A DNA stretch of 63,044 nt, filler included, from Octopus bimaculoides (taxonomy: Eukaryota), in NCBI RefSeq assembly GCF_001194135.2. It is 6 parts of 5 records of this genome, joined end to end, with 100 filler letters (N's around TTAATTAATTAA, not from the genome) between each part and the next. Parts side by side here need not be neighbours in the genome. Positions count along the whole stretch, not along the records: positions 30,607 to 57,726 come from NC_068990.1; positions 57,827 to 59,565 come from NW_026341099.1; positions 59,666 to 63,044 come from NC_068982.1; 3 more parts are not named here. One strand, 5' to 3'. Position 1 is the stretch's first letter. Each line of letters begins with the position of its first letter. Below, one piece after another: positions 52,058 through 63,044 of the stretch. The position numbers and the translations under genes were made by a program. Below the pieces are notes generated by a model, which had not been told where the DNA came from, did no database searches, and saw nothing but the letters and a program-made list of their open reading frames with translations.

Positions 52058-52288
52058 CACAGTGAAGCATAACTAGAACCCAATTTGACATAATGTATTA
52101 CAAGTATTTATTTTTATACAGACAGCATCAAGCTATTGATGTTTACTGTAGGTGAAGGCATATTGCCTAATGGTTAAGGTGTTTGGCTTCTGCTCATAAT
52201 TATGGATTCAATTTCTGTGCCAGGTGACATGTGCATTCCAGAACTTTTTCAAGAGAGACATTTGTTGATTTCAAAGAAGTACAAAACT

Positions 52289-53040
52289 CTAATCTCTTTC
52301 AAAGTGGGATTCTCTGACTTCAGTGCACTTGTTGTAGGACTCCAGCCATTTTGTGAAGGCTCCATGGAAGTCCTCCAAGATTAAGGTGTCCAGAAACCTT
52401 GTCAAAGCTTCCTTCATCATCTCAATGTCTAGAAAAACAACTACTCCTGAGGTTCTCCTTCAGCTTGGGGAATAACCAAAAGTTACAGGGAGCAAGATCT
52501 GGATTGTAGAGAGGGTGAGGGATAGTTCTGGTGCTCATTTCTGTCAAGTCATTGATTACCAGGATGAAATTGTGGACTGGTGCATTGACCTGGTGTAGGT
52601 GCCACCAACTGAAGTGGAAGAGCTCTGGCCTTTTGCAACAAAATCTGTTCCTGAACTCCCTCAAAATCTCCACAAAGTGCTCTTTGTTGACAGTGTGGCC
52701 AAAGGGAACCCAGTAGATGTAAATGATTCCCGTGTCAAAAGAGGGGATTATCATGTGCTTCCCAGTGGACTTGTTTTGTTTGGTTATCTTCAGTCTGTGG
52801 GAGCCAGGATGTTTCTATTGGGCGCTCTGTCACTTGGTCTTAGTAGGTTCAGTTTTCATCACTGATCACCAGAGACTCAAGTACTCTTGGGCTGGAGGTA
52901 TTGAACTCAACCATCTCCTTGTTGTCACTAATGTATCTTTCCTTTTGTTCATCACTGAGCACCCTGAGAACAAACTTTGCTCATGTTCAGATCTTCATGA
53001 ATAGTTCTGTGTACAGTTGTCAAACCATCTCCAATCTGTG
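52289..53040 (-). mobile_element. Mariner transposase remnant
   Basis: TVHRTIHEDLNMSKVC, HQVNAPVH, HPLYNPDLAPCNFWLFPKLKE (mariner YSPDLAP motif), and C-terminus KWLESYNKCTEVRESHFERD*. Confidence 0.88.
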
Positions 53041-53267
53041 CACTTATTGTCTCTCATCTCTGCTGTCCTTGAATCTCTTGTACAAGCAAAAAATAGATGC
53101 TCAGCACATACAAATTAATCCATTAGCAGTTTAGGGCATTTCATAAGTTTCCATAGTATTTTTGATCAGTTTAACAAAATACTTTATTGCATAGTGAGCT
53201 TCCAAATTGTCTGCATGTCTTGATTGCCAAGGTGTCCTTTCTTATGTTTTTTAATACAGTTAAAGTG

Positions 53268-56009
53268 ATCAGAGATTTAGAGATGTCTTACTCAAAGCAT
53301 TTGACGAAATAGAAGGGGATATAGCATCACACAATGTGAAAGACAATTGGAGGTTTCTACAGGACAACCTGCTGAGGGCCACCAACCAGATCTGTGGTTG
53401 GTGCAAAGTCCCCTCTCAACCCAAAGTAACATGGTGGTGGAACAATGTGGTTAACAGGGCTATTAGACAAAAGAAAGAGGCTTGGAAGGACTGGAAGAAT
53501 GAAGGTAGCAGGGAATTGCATCAGACTGCCAGAAGCTAGGAGACAGGTTTATTTAGCCAGAGGGGAAACAAGTAAGAAAACATTTTCCAATGTTCTGAGC
53601 CATGAGGACCAAAGACTTGAAGTATTTCCTGTTGCAAGACAGTGTGTGAGAGAGAATCGTGATGTCATAGGAGAGAAATGTGTCCGCATGGATGATGGCT
53701 CACTTGCACTAAACAAGGCTGCAAAGGAAGAGGTTCGGAGACACCACTATGAAAGGCTGCTTCATAAAGAGAATGGATGGGAGGAAGAGAGTCATCCGCA
53801 TGTCGACCCACAGAGGAACCAGCTATCCTAATTGACAGTACCTTAGTAGATAAAGCGATCAAGAGTATGAAGACAGGGAAAGCACCTGGCCCATCAAAAT
53901 ATCTGGCAGTGTTGGCTACAGCCTAGTCACCCGTATAGTTAATCAGGTGATACACAATGGAGTCATACCCAATGACTGGTGTAGCAGCACCATAGTCAAC
54001 TGCTACAAAGGTAAAGGTGACGCTTTAGATACAAATAATTACAGAGGTTTCAAGTTGTTGGATCAGGTAATGAAAGTCACAGAGAGGGTCATAGCCCAAC
54101 TAATTAGGGAGAGAGTCAGCCTAGATGAGATGCAGTATGGGTTTGTGCCAGGGAAAAGCACTACTGATGCCATATTTCTAGTAAGACNNNNNNNNNNNNN
54201 NNNNNNNNNNNNNNNNNNNNNNNNNNNNNNNNNNNNNNNNNNNNNNNNNNNNNNNNNNNNNNNNNNNNNNNNNNNNNNNNNNNNNNNNNNNNNNNNNNNN
54301 NNNNNNNNNNNNNNNNNNNNNNNNNNNNNNNNNNNNNNNNNNNNNNNNNNNNNNNNNNNNNNNNNNNNNNNNNNNNNNNNNNNAGTCCTCAGCCCCCTCC
54401 TATTTATCATAGTCCTCCAGGCAATAACACAGGAATTCAAAACATGCTGATGACCTTGCCCTAATTGTTGAATCACTATCAGAATTAGAGGAGAAGTTTC
54501 AGGTGTGGAAGCAAGGACTAGAATCAAAGGGCCTTAGAATCAACCTAGCTAAAACCAAAGTCCTAATAAGTAGGAAGGTAGACAAAACACAAACCCCTTT
54601 TAGGTAGATGGCCCTGCTCGATCTGTAGAAAAGGCGTAGGTAGAAACTCCATAAGATGTACTCAGTGTAAGCTATGGACACATAAGAGGTGCAGCAATAT
54701 CAAAGGAGGGCTAACTAGCAAGATAGTTTTTGTATGTGGTAGATGCTCAGGAGCAATAAACACAGAAAATGTTAAGAAGACAACCTTTGCCACACTCCAA
54801 GGAGAAAAACTAGAAGTAGTTGATAGCTTCTGCTACCTAGGTGACCTAGTTTGTAGCAGGGAGGGTGCTCTGAAAGTGTAGCTGCTAGAATAAGAATAGC
54901 CTGGGCAAAGTTCAGAGAGCTCTTACCTCTGCTGGTGACAAAGGGCCTCTCACTCAGAGTAAAAAGAAGACTGTATGATGCATGTGTACGAACAGCCATG
55001 CTACATGGCCATGAAACATGGGCCGTGACTGCTGAGGACATGCGTAAGCTCGCAAGGAATAAAGCCAGTATGCTCCGATGGATGTATAATGTCAGTGTGC
55101 ATACTCGACAGAGTGTAAGTACCTTGAGAGAAAAGTTAGACCTAAGAAGCATCAGTTGTGGTGTGCAAGAGAGACGATTGCGCTGGTATGGACATGTGGC
55201 AAGAATGGATGAGGATAGCTGTGTGAAAAAGTGCCGCAGCCTAGCAGTTGAGGGAACTGTGGAAGAGGTAGACTCAGGAAAACCTAGGATGAGGTGATGA
55301 GGCACGACCTTTGAACTTTAGGCCTCACTGAGGCAATGACTAGTGACCAGGACCTTTGGAAATATGCAGTACGTGAGAAGACCCAGCAAGCCAAGTGAGA
55401 TCATAATCTGTGGCCTCTGCCAGAAGTGTAGCCAGCTCACTTATTCGTATCTTTACTTCATTGGACACTAAACTCTGCTTGCGAAGACCTGTTGAGGCAA
55501 GTGAATTTGAAATTGAAATCGAACCAAATTTGACGATTGGCACCCATGCCAACTTCTCCTTCATTGGACACTAAACTCTGCTTGCGAAGACCTGTTGAGG
55601 CATGTGAAATCGAAACCGTAATTGAACCATGTTCGATGACTGGCACCTGTGCCAGTGAAGCACTAACAGCACTGTCCGTGCTAGTGGCCCATAAATAGCA
55701 CCATTTGAGCGTGATCATGGTAACTGGCATTTGTGGCAGTGGCACATTAGAAAACCATTTGATCGAGATCGTTGCCAGTGCTGCCGAACTGGCTCCTGTG
55801 CAGGTGGTACGTAAAATACACTATTTTGAGTGTGGCCGTTGCCAGTACCGTGTGACTGGCCCTCAAGCTGGTAGAACGTAAAAGCACCTACTACACTCTT
55901 GGAGTGGTTGGTGTTAGGAAGGGCAGATCAGATTGGAGCCTGGTGCAGCCATCCGGTTCACCAGTCCTCAGTCAAATCATCCAACCCATGCATGGGAAAG
56001 GGACGTTAA

Positions 56010-56042
<33 letters not shown>
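53268..56042 (+). mobile_element. Degenerate 5'-truncated RTE-clade LINE with (GAT)n tail
   Basis: ORFs 53947-54450 (PNDWCSSTIVNCYKGKGDAL...QYGFVPGKSTTDAIF) and 54935-55297 (HETWAV...LRWYGHVARM); 3' UTR with a 44-bp duplication (55456-99/55559-602) and a (GAT)n tail at 56010-56042. Confidence 0.9.
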
Positions 56043-56044
<2 letters not shown>

Positions 56045-57457
56045 ACACACATATATTCATTTCTCTCTTTACTCTTTTACTTGTTTCAGTCATTTGACTG
56101 TGGACATGCNNNNNNNNNNNNNNNNNNNNNNNNNNNNNNNNNNNNNNNNNNNNNNNNNNNNNNNNNNNNNNNNNNNNNNNNNNNNNNNNNNNNNNNNNNN
56201 NNNNNNNNNNNNNNNNNNNNNNNNNNNNNNNNNNNNNNNNNNNNNNNNNNNNNNNNNNNNNNNNNNNNNNNNNNNNNNNNNNNNNNNNNNNNNNNNNNNN
56301 NNNNNNNNNNNNNNNNNNNNNNNNNNNNNNNNNNNNNNNNNNNNNNNNNNNNNNNNNNNNNNNNNNNNNNNNNNNNNNNNNNNNNNNNNNNNNNNNNNNN
56401 NNNNNNNNNNNNNNNNNNNNNNNNNNNNNNNNNNNNNNNNNNNNNNNNNNNNNNNNNNNNNNNNNNNNNNNNNNNTATATACACATATATATGATGGGCC
56501 TCTTTCAGTTTCCGTCTACCAAATCCACTCACAAGGCTTTGGTCGGCCCAAGACTATAGTAGAAGACACTTTCCCAAGGTGCCATGCAGTAGGAATAAAC
56601 CAGGAACCATGTGGTTGGTAAGCAAGCTACTTACCACACTGCCACTTCTGCGCCCAGTTTTTATCTATATTATACACACACACATTCATAAAGCCTAAAT
56701 GGTATTATTTACTGTTTTTATCATTAACTTCCATCTTGAGTCTTTTCTTTTTTTCTTCATTTATTCGTCTTTATTCTCTAGTATTTTATTTTATTCCACT
56801 TTCTATTACTCTAAATCTATTTCCACCCCCACCCCCCTCCCACACACACACCCCATGATTTTTTAATTTTTAAAAAATATCTTTTAACTCTTTTTCATGG
56901 ATTTTGCTATTTGTTTGTACCAATCCATCCAATGACATTACCACCTTTTTTCTTTTCTTTCTAGATTATTCTTTTTCCTATCCAAATCAGCTCAGTGCAA
57001 GTAAACAGAATTTCTCTTCATTTTTGTTTAATCTTTCCTCCACCTCTTACTCTAACCCTTACTACAACCATCCTCATTCTTTTTTACTGTGTGTGTGTAC
57101 ATTGTTGACAGACACTTCTTCAAGACAGCTACTTTTTCTTTTTCTTTTCCAATTTTATCTCCTCTAAAGGGTTTCAAGTGTGTTTTGTCAGTTCATAATT
57201 TATTTGATTCCCTTTACAGTTACTTGGTGAGTTAAGAAAGAAAACAATAATATTGCATTATATATATAAATATATTGTATGTTGTATGTATGTTCATATG
57301 TATATTGGCTTGCTCACCTAGCCAGTAGCATGGTATCATTTGAAAAGTAAAACAATACAAGGAAGCACATTGTGACCACCAGGGTATGAGGACATCTGAT
57401 AGTCTCTTCGATTCTTGATGCAGTGATATTATCATCATCACTATATATATATATATA

Positions 57458-57726
57458 CTAGCAGTATAACCCGACCTTGTCCAGGTGTGACTTATTACGC
57501 CATCTACGATAAGTCTTGCTAGGTGAAAATCAACTAAAAAAGAAAGCCTTAAAACGAAAAAACCCTTATGATGTAAATATGTTCATAATTCAAAAGACGA
57601 TGAAATTAATAGGGAAAGTCTGAAGGCTGTTTTGCGTAACATTATTAAGAGCGTACGTAAATTTCATCCGTGTAATTGGCTATAGAAATGCTTGTGCAAA
57701 ACAACTTTTTGCACTGCCCTGATTAT
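57458..57726 (-). mobile_element. Helitron-like 3' terminus
   Basis: Minus strand ends CCTGGACAAGGTCGGG (imperfect hairpin) TTATACTG CTAG|T, the canonical Helitron 3' hairpin + CTAG + T-target arrangement; truncated by a linker. Confidence 0.5.
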
Positions 57727-57826
57727 NNNNNNNNNNNNNNNNNNNNNNNNNNNNNNNNNNNNNNNNNNNNTTAATTAATTAANNNNNNNNNNNNNNNNNN
57801 NNNNNNNNNNNNNNNNNNNNNNNNNN
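57727..57826. other. Artificial scaffold linker
   Basis: 44 N + TTAATTAATTAA + 44 N. Confidence 0.95.
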
Positions 57827-57884
57827 GTTTTTCCATTCGTCGCCATTGCTCCTTTTATGAGTTCGCACGGTCGTCCTTAACATA

Positions 57885-58821
57885 TATATATTATACCTAC
57901 TACATATGTGGGAAATTCTGTCTGTGGGTGTGCTTGTGGAGTTGTTAGGTAACTCCTCCTACATCATTTTATCGATTTTGATGAAACCTGACACATGAGT
58001 AGAACTCATGTCTGGAAGCCTCATGGCATACTCAGATTGTTGAAAAAATCGATAATAGGGCCCCTAGAAGGGATCCTTATATATCTAATATATTTTATTT
58101 TAAGAACCAAGAGAAATAACCCATTTGCCCCTGGAAAGGATCCTTATATATAGCCAAGGGAAATAACCCATTCATTTTCCTAAATTATTCGGTAAAAATG
58201 AAATGGAGTATGCTTATGAACTGTTAGAGTTATTTTCGCAATTTATCCAGTACAACCCTTAAACAAGTAAATAGTATTTTCCTAAACAATAGATCATCTT
58301 ATTTCAGTTAGTGACTTATTCACGAATATACCAACACTAGCACCCCTGAGGGTAATATTCTATGGGAATGCACAAAAGCCCTTTTCAGAGTTATTTACTT
58401 TGAATTGTTATTATCTCATATCTGATTAGCTTGTTATTATGTAACATGCTTCATGATTTTAGTATACATACCTTATTAGTATTTCCTCCTAAGTTCTATA
58501 TACTCTGGGAACACATTAAAGCCCTTTTCAGGGCTACTTTATTTGAATTCTTACTATCAGGTAACTAATTTCATGTTATTACATAACTGACTTCACNNNN
58601 NNNNNNNNNNNNNNNNNNNNNNNNNNNNNNNNNNNNNNNNNNNNNNNNNNNNNNNNNNNNNNNNNNNNNNNNNNNNNNNNNNNNNNNNNNNNNNNNNNNN
58701 NNNNNAAAACCGTTTTAAGGGCTACATAATTTCTATTGTTGTTATTGGATTAGCGAAACACTTATGAAAACAGAACCAAGGGATAAGCCCCGCTTTACTG
58801 GGAATTACCAGGTACGTCAGC
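57885..58821 (+). mobile_element. Probable non-autonomous Helitron-like element
   Basis: 5' tatacctac..ctgtctgt..aactcctcc..cgattttgatgaaac resembles Lep1/DINE-type cores; internal short duplications; 3' hairpin CTGG-GAATTA-CCAG (58798-58811) followed by ..GCT, directly abutting the Penelope fragment. Confidence 0.4.
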
Positions 58822-59565
58822 TTTCCTCCCCAAAATCCACAAACCTAACAATCCTGGCTGCCCATCATCTCTGCCTGTAATTGCCCCACTGAGCTTATCT
58901 CCAAATATCTTGACCGTGTCCTTGCCCCCCTAGTGGCTTCTCTCCCTTCTCACATCCATGACACCAACCACGTGCTTCGTTTGTTCAACTCTTTCTCCTT
59001 CCCTCCTGGCTCCTCTAAACTTCTCTTCACTCTTGACATCCAGAGTCTTTACACGGTGATCCCTCACCACGAGGGGCTGTATGCACTCAAACATTTCCTT
59101 GATCTCCAACCCGACACCTCCACACTCGTTTGTCTGGCTGAACTTGTCCTGTCACTCAACTGCTTCTCATTCGCGGGTGATTTCTACCACCATTACTCGG
59201 GAGTGGCCATGGGAGCGAGAATGGGCCCCAACTATGCGAACCTGTTTGTTGACTACGTTGAGGCCCAAATATTCTCAAGTTTCACTGGTCCCACTCCCGA
59301 ACTATATGGCCATTAGATTGATGACTGTGTCAGTGCAACCTCACTCTCCCACGAACATCTAGACTCCTTCCTCTCTTTTGTCAAATCTTTCCATCCTGCC
59401 CTCCACTTCTGCACTATCTTTGACACTTCTGTCTCCTTTCTTGACATTTTGGTCAGCATTCATCACTCCACTTTTACCACCTCCATCCACTACAAACACA
59501 CAGACTCACACATCTACTTCTCCTCCTCCCACCCTAAACACACCAAGCTTTCCATCCCCTATTCC
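58822..59565 (+). mobile_element. Penelope-like element reverse transcriptase fragment
   Basis: LPKIHKPNNPG/PIISACNCPTELISKYLD, LFTLDIQSLYTVIPH, GVAMGARMGPNYANLFV, IDD, FLDILV..TTSIHYKHTDSH; one frameshift and one stop; ends at a linker. Confidence 0.9.
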
Positions 59566-59665
59566 NNNNNNNNNNNNNNNNNNNNNNNNNNNNNNNNNNN
59601 NNNNNNNNNTTAATTAATTAANNNNNNNNNNNNNNNNNNNNNNNNNNNNNNNNNNNNNNNNNNNN
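59566..59665. other. Artificial scaffold linker
   Basis: 44 N + TTAATTAATTAA + 44 N. Confidence 0.95.
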
Positions 59666-59699
<34 letters not shown>

Positions 59700-60694
59700 C
59701 GTGTGTGTGTGTATAATACACACACACACGCACACATATATGCTAACTTCTTTTATTTATTTAATGAAATACACAGGTCTATATAAATGTCCGATTGGTT
59801 TTTTGTTCTATTCTGATCTCATGTATATTTTATGTCTTTATTTAACTGTCTTATTGGTATATTCCATTTTATGTTAATATATTTCATTTTTTTTATTCCT
59901 TATTCTTTTATCCTTTTATACTTTGTTAGTATACTTTTATGGGTTTATTGCTTATATGAGAGACATTCTTTCATTCTATCTCAGTTCATTAATGAGACGG
60001 ATGGAATGCTACACTAGCTAAAACGTATTGTTATAGAAATAAGCGAAACGGAAAATGAAAATCGAGGTATCTTTTGAAAAGTTACTAGAGGAGACGCATC
60101 TGCATCAATATTGCATAAGAATTGATAGTACAACGTCTCATCTGTAAGGTACGGATGCAGGCTGAGTCAAGAAGCTCGTAGTCGCTGTGAATACAGTCAC
60201 GAGAATTCCACTTTTTGTCTCTCATCTTTATATATAGACTCTACGGACGCAATGGAATTCTTTAAGTAAATCTAGTGGCATATACCTCCATACTGCTGTT
60301 GACATCAGGTAGCCGAATACCGTAGACGGACAATAAACAGAATACTGCACGGTGTCTACTCGAATATAAAATTATTACTGAATATACATACACACATATG
60401 CATCCATGTTTAATATTCACAACGATTTCCCCCTAAAGTCAGCGACAATCTAACCGAAATTCCCCATTCTTTTTCTCCCTATTCTTTTCTTTATTCTTAA
60501 CACCTCTAGACAAATTTTTGACCTTTTCCTTCTTTTCCCTTATCGACCATTTTATTTCTTCATACATTTGTTTTTCTATGTCATCTTTTTTTTACTTCGT
60601 TCTTCCGGCTTCACCATTCATTTTAAATTGTATCTCCAGTGAGTTAAAGTGGGATTCCTTAACGACGATGTAACTTTCCTATAACTAAGACATC

Positions 60695-60783
60695 TTCGGC
60701 CTGATGAGTAGCTGGAGGAGTACCCCTCGTTGAATAATTATTATTTACGAGGATCTGAAAGCTAGGAAACATATGTAGCCTGG
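60695..60783 (+). ncRNA. Hammerhead-like motif with branched, extended stem II
   Basis: GGC|CTGATGA (60701-07), stem II TAGCT/AGCTA, GAAA 60766-69, palindromic stem III ACATATGT (60769-76), GUA triplet, stem I GGC/GCC. The closing 10.1-11.1 pair is a G-G mismatch. Confidence 0.6.
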
Positions 60784-60931
60784 GCTTTACCTGCTACACT
60801 CTCTCAATTTGGATATACATATATATTAATAAAAATAATATTAATATGACAACAAAAGAATGAATGAGACCTCGATATTATGCAAAATAGAGGAATTTAT
60901 CTATAATTATAATATGTGACAATTAGTTAGT

Positions 60932-61004
60932 TGTCATAATAAAACTCAGAGTTTCGAATGCCGGGGCTGAAGTCTGCTCCAGCATCTCATCAGTTATTAA
61001 GACA
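60932..61004 (-). ncRNA. Type I hammerhead ribozyme motif (left arm of inverted repeat)
   Basis: Minus strand reads TGTCTTAATAA CTGATGA GATGCTGG..CCGGCATT C GAAA CTCTGAG TT/TTATTA TGACA, the same architecture as the right arm; stem II is fully paired with two G-U pairs. Confidence 0.8.
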
Positions 61005-61064
61005 AGCCGGGGCTGAAGTTTACTCCAGCATCTCATCATTTATCAAGACGAACGCTATAGCGTC

Positions 61065-61137
61065 TGTCTTAATAACTGATGAGATACCGGAACAGACTTC
61101 AGCCCTGGCATCCGAAACTCTGAGTTTTATTATGACA
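61065..61137 (+). ncRNA. Type I hammerhead ribozyme motif (right arm of inverted repeat)
   Basis: Stem I TAATAA(61070-75)/TTATTA(61127-32), extended by TGTC/GACA; core CTGATGA 61076-82; stem II GATACCGG/CTGGCATC; GAAA 61114-17; near-palindromic stem III ACTC-T-GAGT; GUU triplet with predicted cleavage after 61126. Confidence 0.8.
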
Positions 61138-62249
61138 ACCAACTAATTGTCACNNNNNNNNNNNNNNNNNNNNNNNNNNNNNNNNNNNNNNNNNNNNNNN
61201 NNNNNNTATATATATATATATATTTGTTTATATGATGTTTTATATATAAAATACAATATGCATATCTATAAAGTGACATACACATGTAGATATGCATGCA
61301 GAAACCCCCCACACTCATACTTGTGAATGTGCGACTACATATGTGCCTCCACGCGTGTGCACGCACATATGTAGTCGCACATTCATGCTTATTTACGACT
61401 AAATGAACAAACACATACAAATATACATATATACATATTTCCACGTTGATGCACATATTTACACACATAGGCAGTAATATATACAGTCGCAAACACTTAT
61501 GTACACAAATGTAAATGTGTGCACCAGTGCACGAATAACCGATATACATGCATTTTAAATACATGAATGTGTAAATTTCAAATATGTAAATACACGGTTA
61601 CAGCAAATATATAAATATATGAACATAAAACTGGTTGAGTGTTTAATCACTATATAAATATGTAACACATAAACATAAAATATTTATAGATATACAAAAG
61701 CGAAAAAAGGAAAAAGAATTTAACAATTGTTTAAACATTGATTAAAAATTGTATAAAAATTGGAGAGCTTCAAAAATACATAAATATATAAATATGACAA
61801 GTATAAGATTTGTATAATAATTGTTGTATAATGGTTGTATGATCACAAATATCGATTGAAGCATATGGGAACATGGGAACATAGAAACATAAAAACATAA
61901 AACCATGGAACCGTAAATGCATATATGGTTCTTTAGTAATATGCATATCCATGTTTACAATCCTACTTATCATTCTCATACACAAACATGCATACACACA
62001 CACACACAGACATAAACACATAAACACGCAAGCACACATCCACATTTATATACATACGGATATTAATGCACGAATATGCGTAGGCATACGTAAATACGTT
62101 TGCACATACGCAGGTGTACACAGTTAACATATTCATACTTATTCAAAATGCACACAGCGTCATACACATGCGCATACACACTCACGTATATGCGTGTATG
62201 TAAGTATGTGCATATTTGCATGCATGCATGTATGTATGTATGTATGTAT

Positions 62250-62302
<53 letters not shown>

Positions 62303-62315
62303 CAAAGTGGCCGTG

Positions 62316-62375
<60 letters not shown>

Positions 62376-62499
62376 ATAAATGTTCAGAATTTTAACGGAA
62401 ATATTAAATTCATTTATTAAAGGCAGGAATATTGTTTACAGTATCAAGTGTTCTTCAATATCTGAATATAGCTGAATCCTTAATAGATGACTCTGACTA

Positions 62500-62764
62500 A
62501 AATGCCTTTATGAAAAGCGCTGTCGATGTGAACTGTGCTGGCGCGCTCACCGAGCCGAGACGGCAAAGCCGCACGCTATGTGGTTAAAGTGCTTTTATAA
62601 AGCAAATGCTGTCAATGCCAGCTGTGTTAGCGCTAACCAGGCCGTGACGTCTAAGCCGCACGCTGATTTGCTAAAATCTTTTATGAATAAGACGCTGTCA
62701 GTATCAATTACGTTGGCGCTTTCATCAAACCGTGACGTCTAATCTGCACGCTGATTGGTTAAAA
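62500..62764. repeat. Three degenerate ~88-bp tandem units, CpG-rich, with TGACGT and ATTGG motifs
   Basis: gcacgct at 62571/62658/62746, gctgtc at 62519/62608/62694, ccgtgacgtctaa at 62642/62730. Confidence 0.75.
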
Positions 62765-63044
62765 GATAGTTCGTGAGATACAGCTTGCTGGAGCCTACTG
62801 AAATGTATTTAAAGGACAAACTCGAGCATTCCACTAGTTATTATTTGTGAAACATAACTGTTAGTTAATACCGCTACTATATAAGCCTGAAGATGGTGCA
62901 AAGTATGAAAGTACATGCCTAATCATGTGTAATAGTCTGAAATTAGGAAAAATGCAAAAATGCAGACTATGTTGGAACTTCATTGACTAATACATGCATA
63001 CAAACTTACATACGTACTCATATATATATATATATATATATATA

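Larger units (their letters stand above)
60916..61153. repeat. Long inverted repeat (89-bp arms, 83/89 identical) with internal 44-bp duplication
   Basis: 60916-61004 versus the reverse complement of 61065-61153 shows 6 transitions only; 61006-61049 duplicates 60960-61003; central palindrome ACGCTATAGCGT. Confidence 0.95.

Noticed and set aside
55456-55602. 44-bp exact direct repeat with 103-bp period
   Set aside because: It lies inside the RTE 3' UTR, where such tandem duplications are ordinary.
1914-62420. Most ORF-track entries (poly-YI, CV, HT, poly-X, poly-V/L/T/H)
   Set aside because: They are translations of microsatellites or N gaps, with no splice or homology support.

Overview
Eukaryotic, very repeat- and gap-rich genomic DNA, most likely a cephalopod (octopus-type) assembly; this is inferred from the SINE/LINE families and the extreme microsatellite density. 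Five identical artificial 100-bp linkers (44 N + TTAATTAATTAA + 44 N) split the window into six independently assembled blocks. Only fragments of two host genes are supported: two internal exons of CFAP65 (plus a possible cassette exon) in the first block, and the last two exons of a NEK6/NEK7 kinase, whose terminal exon carries an unusual 64-aa Gln-rich tail. The rest is RTE- and CR1-clade LINEs, Penelope-like elements, Tc1/mariner, MULE, piggyBac-type MITEs, Helitron-like pieces, several tRNA-derived SINE families and simple repeats. Almost all ORF-track entries are microsatellite or N-gap artefacts. The most notable unannotated signal is a set of type I hammerhead ribozyme motifs with palindromic stem III, of the Penelope/retrozyme kind. 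They include an 89-bp-arm inverted repeat with one complete hammerhead on each strand (60916-61153) and a hammerhead inside a tRNA-box SINE-like element. All ribozyme calls come from manual folding and their activity is untested.
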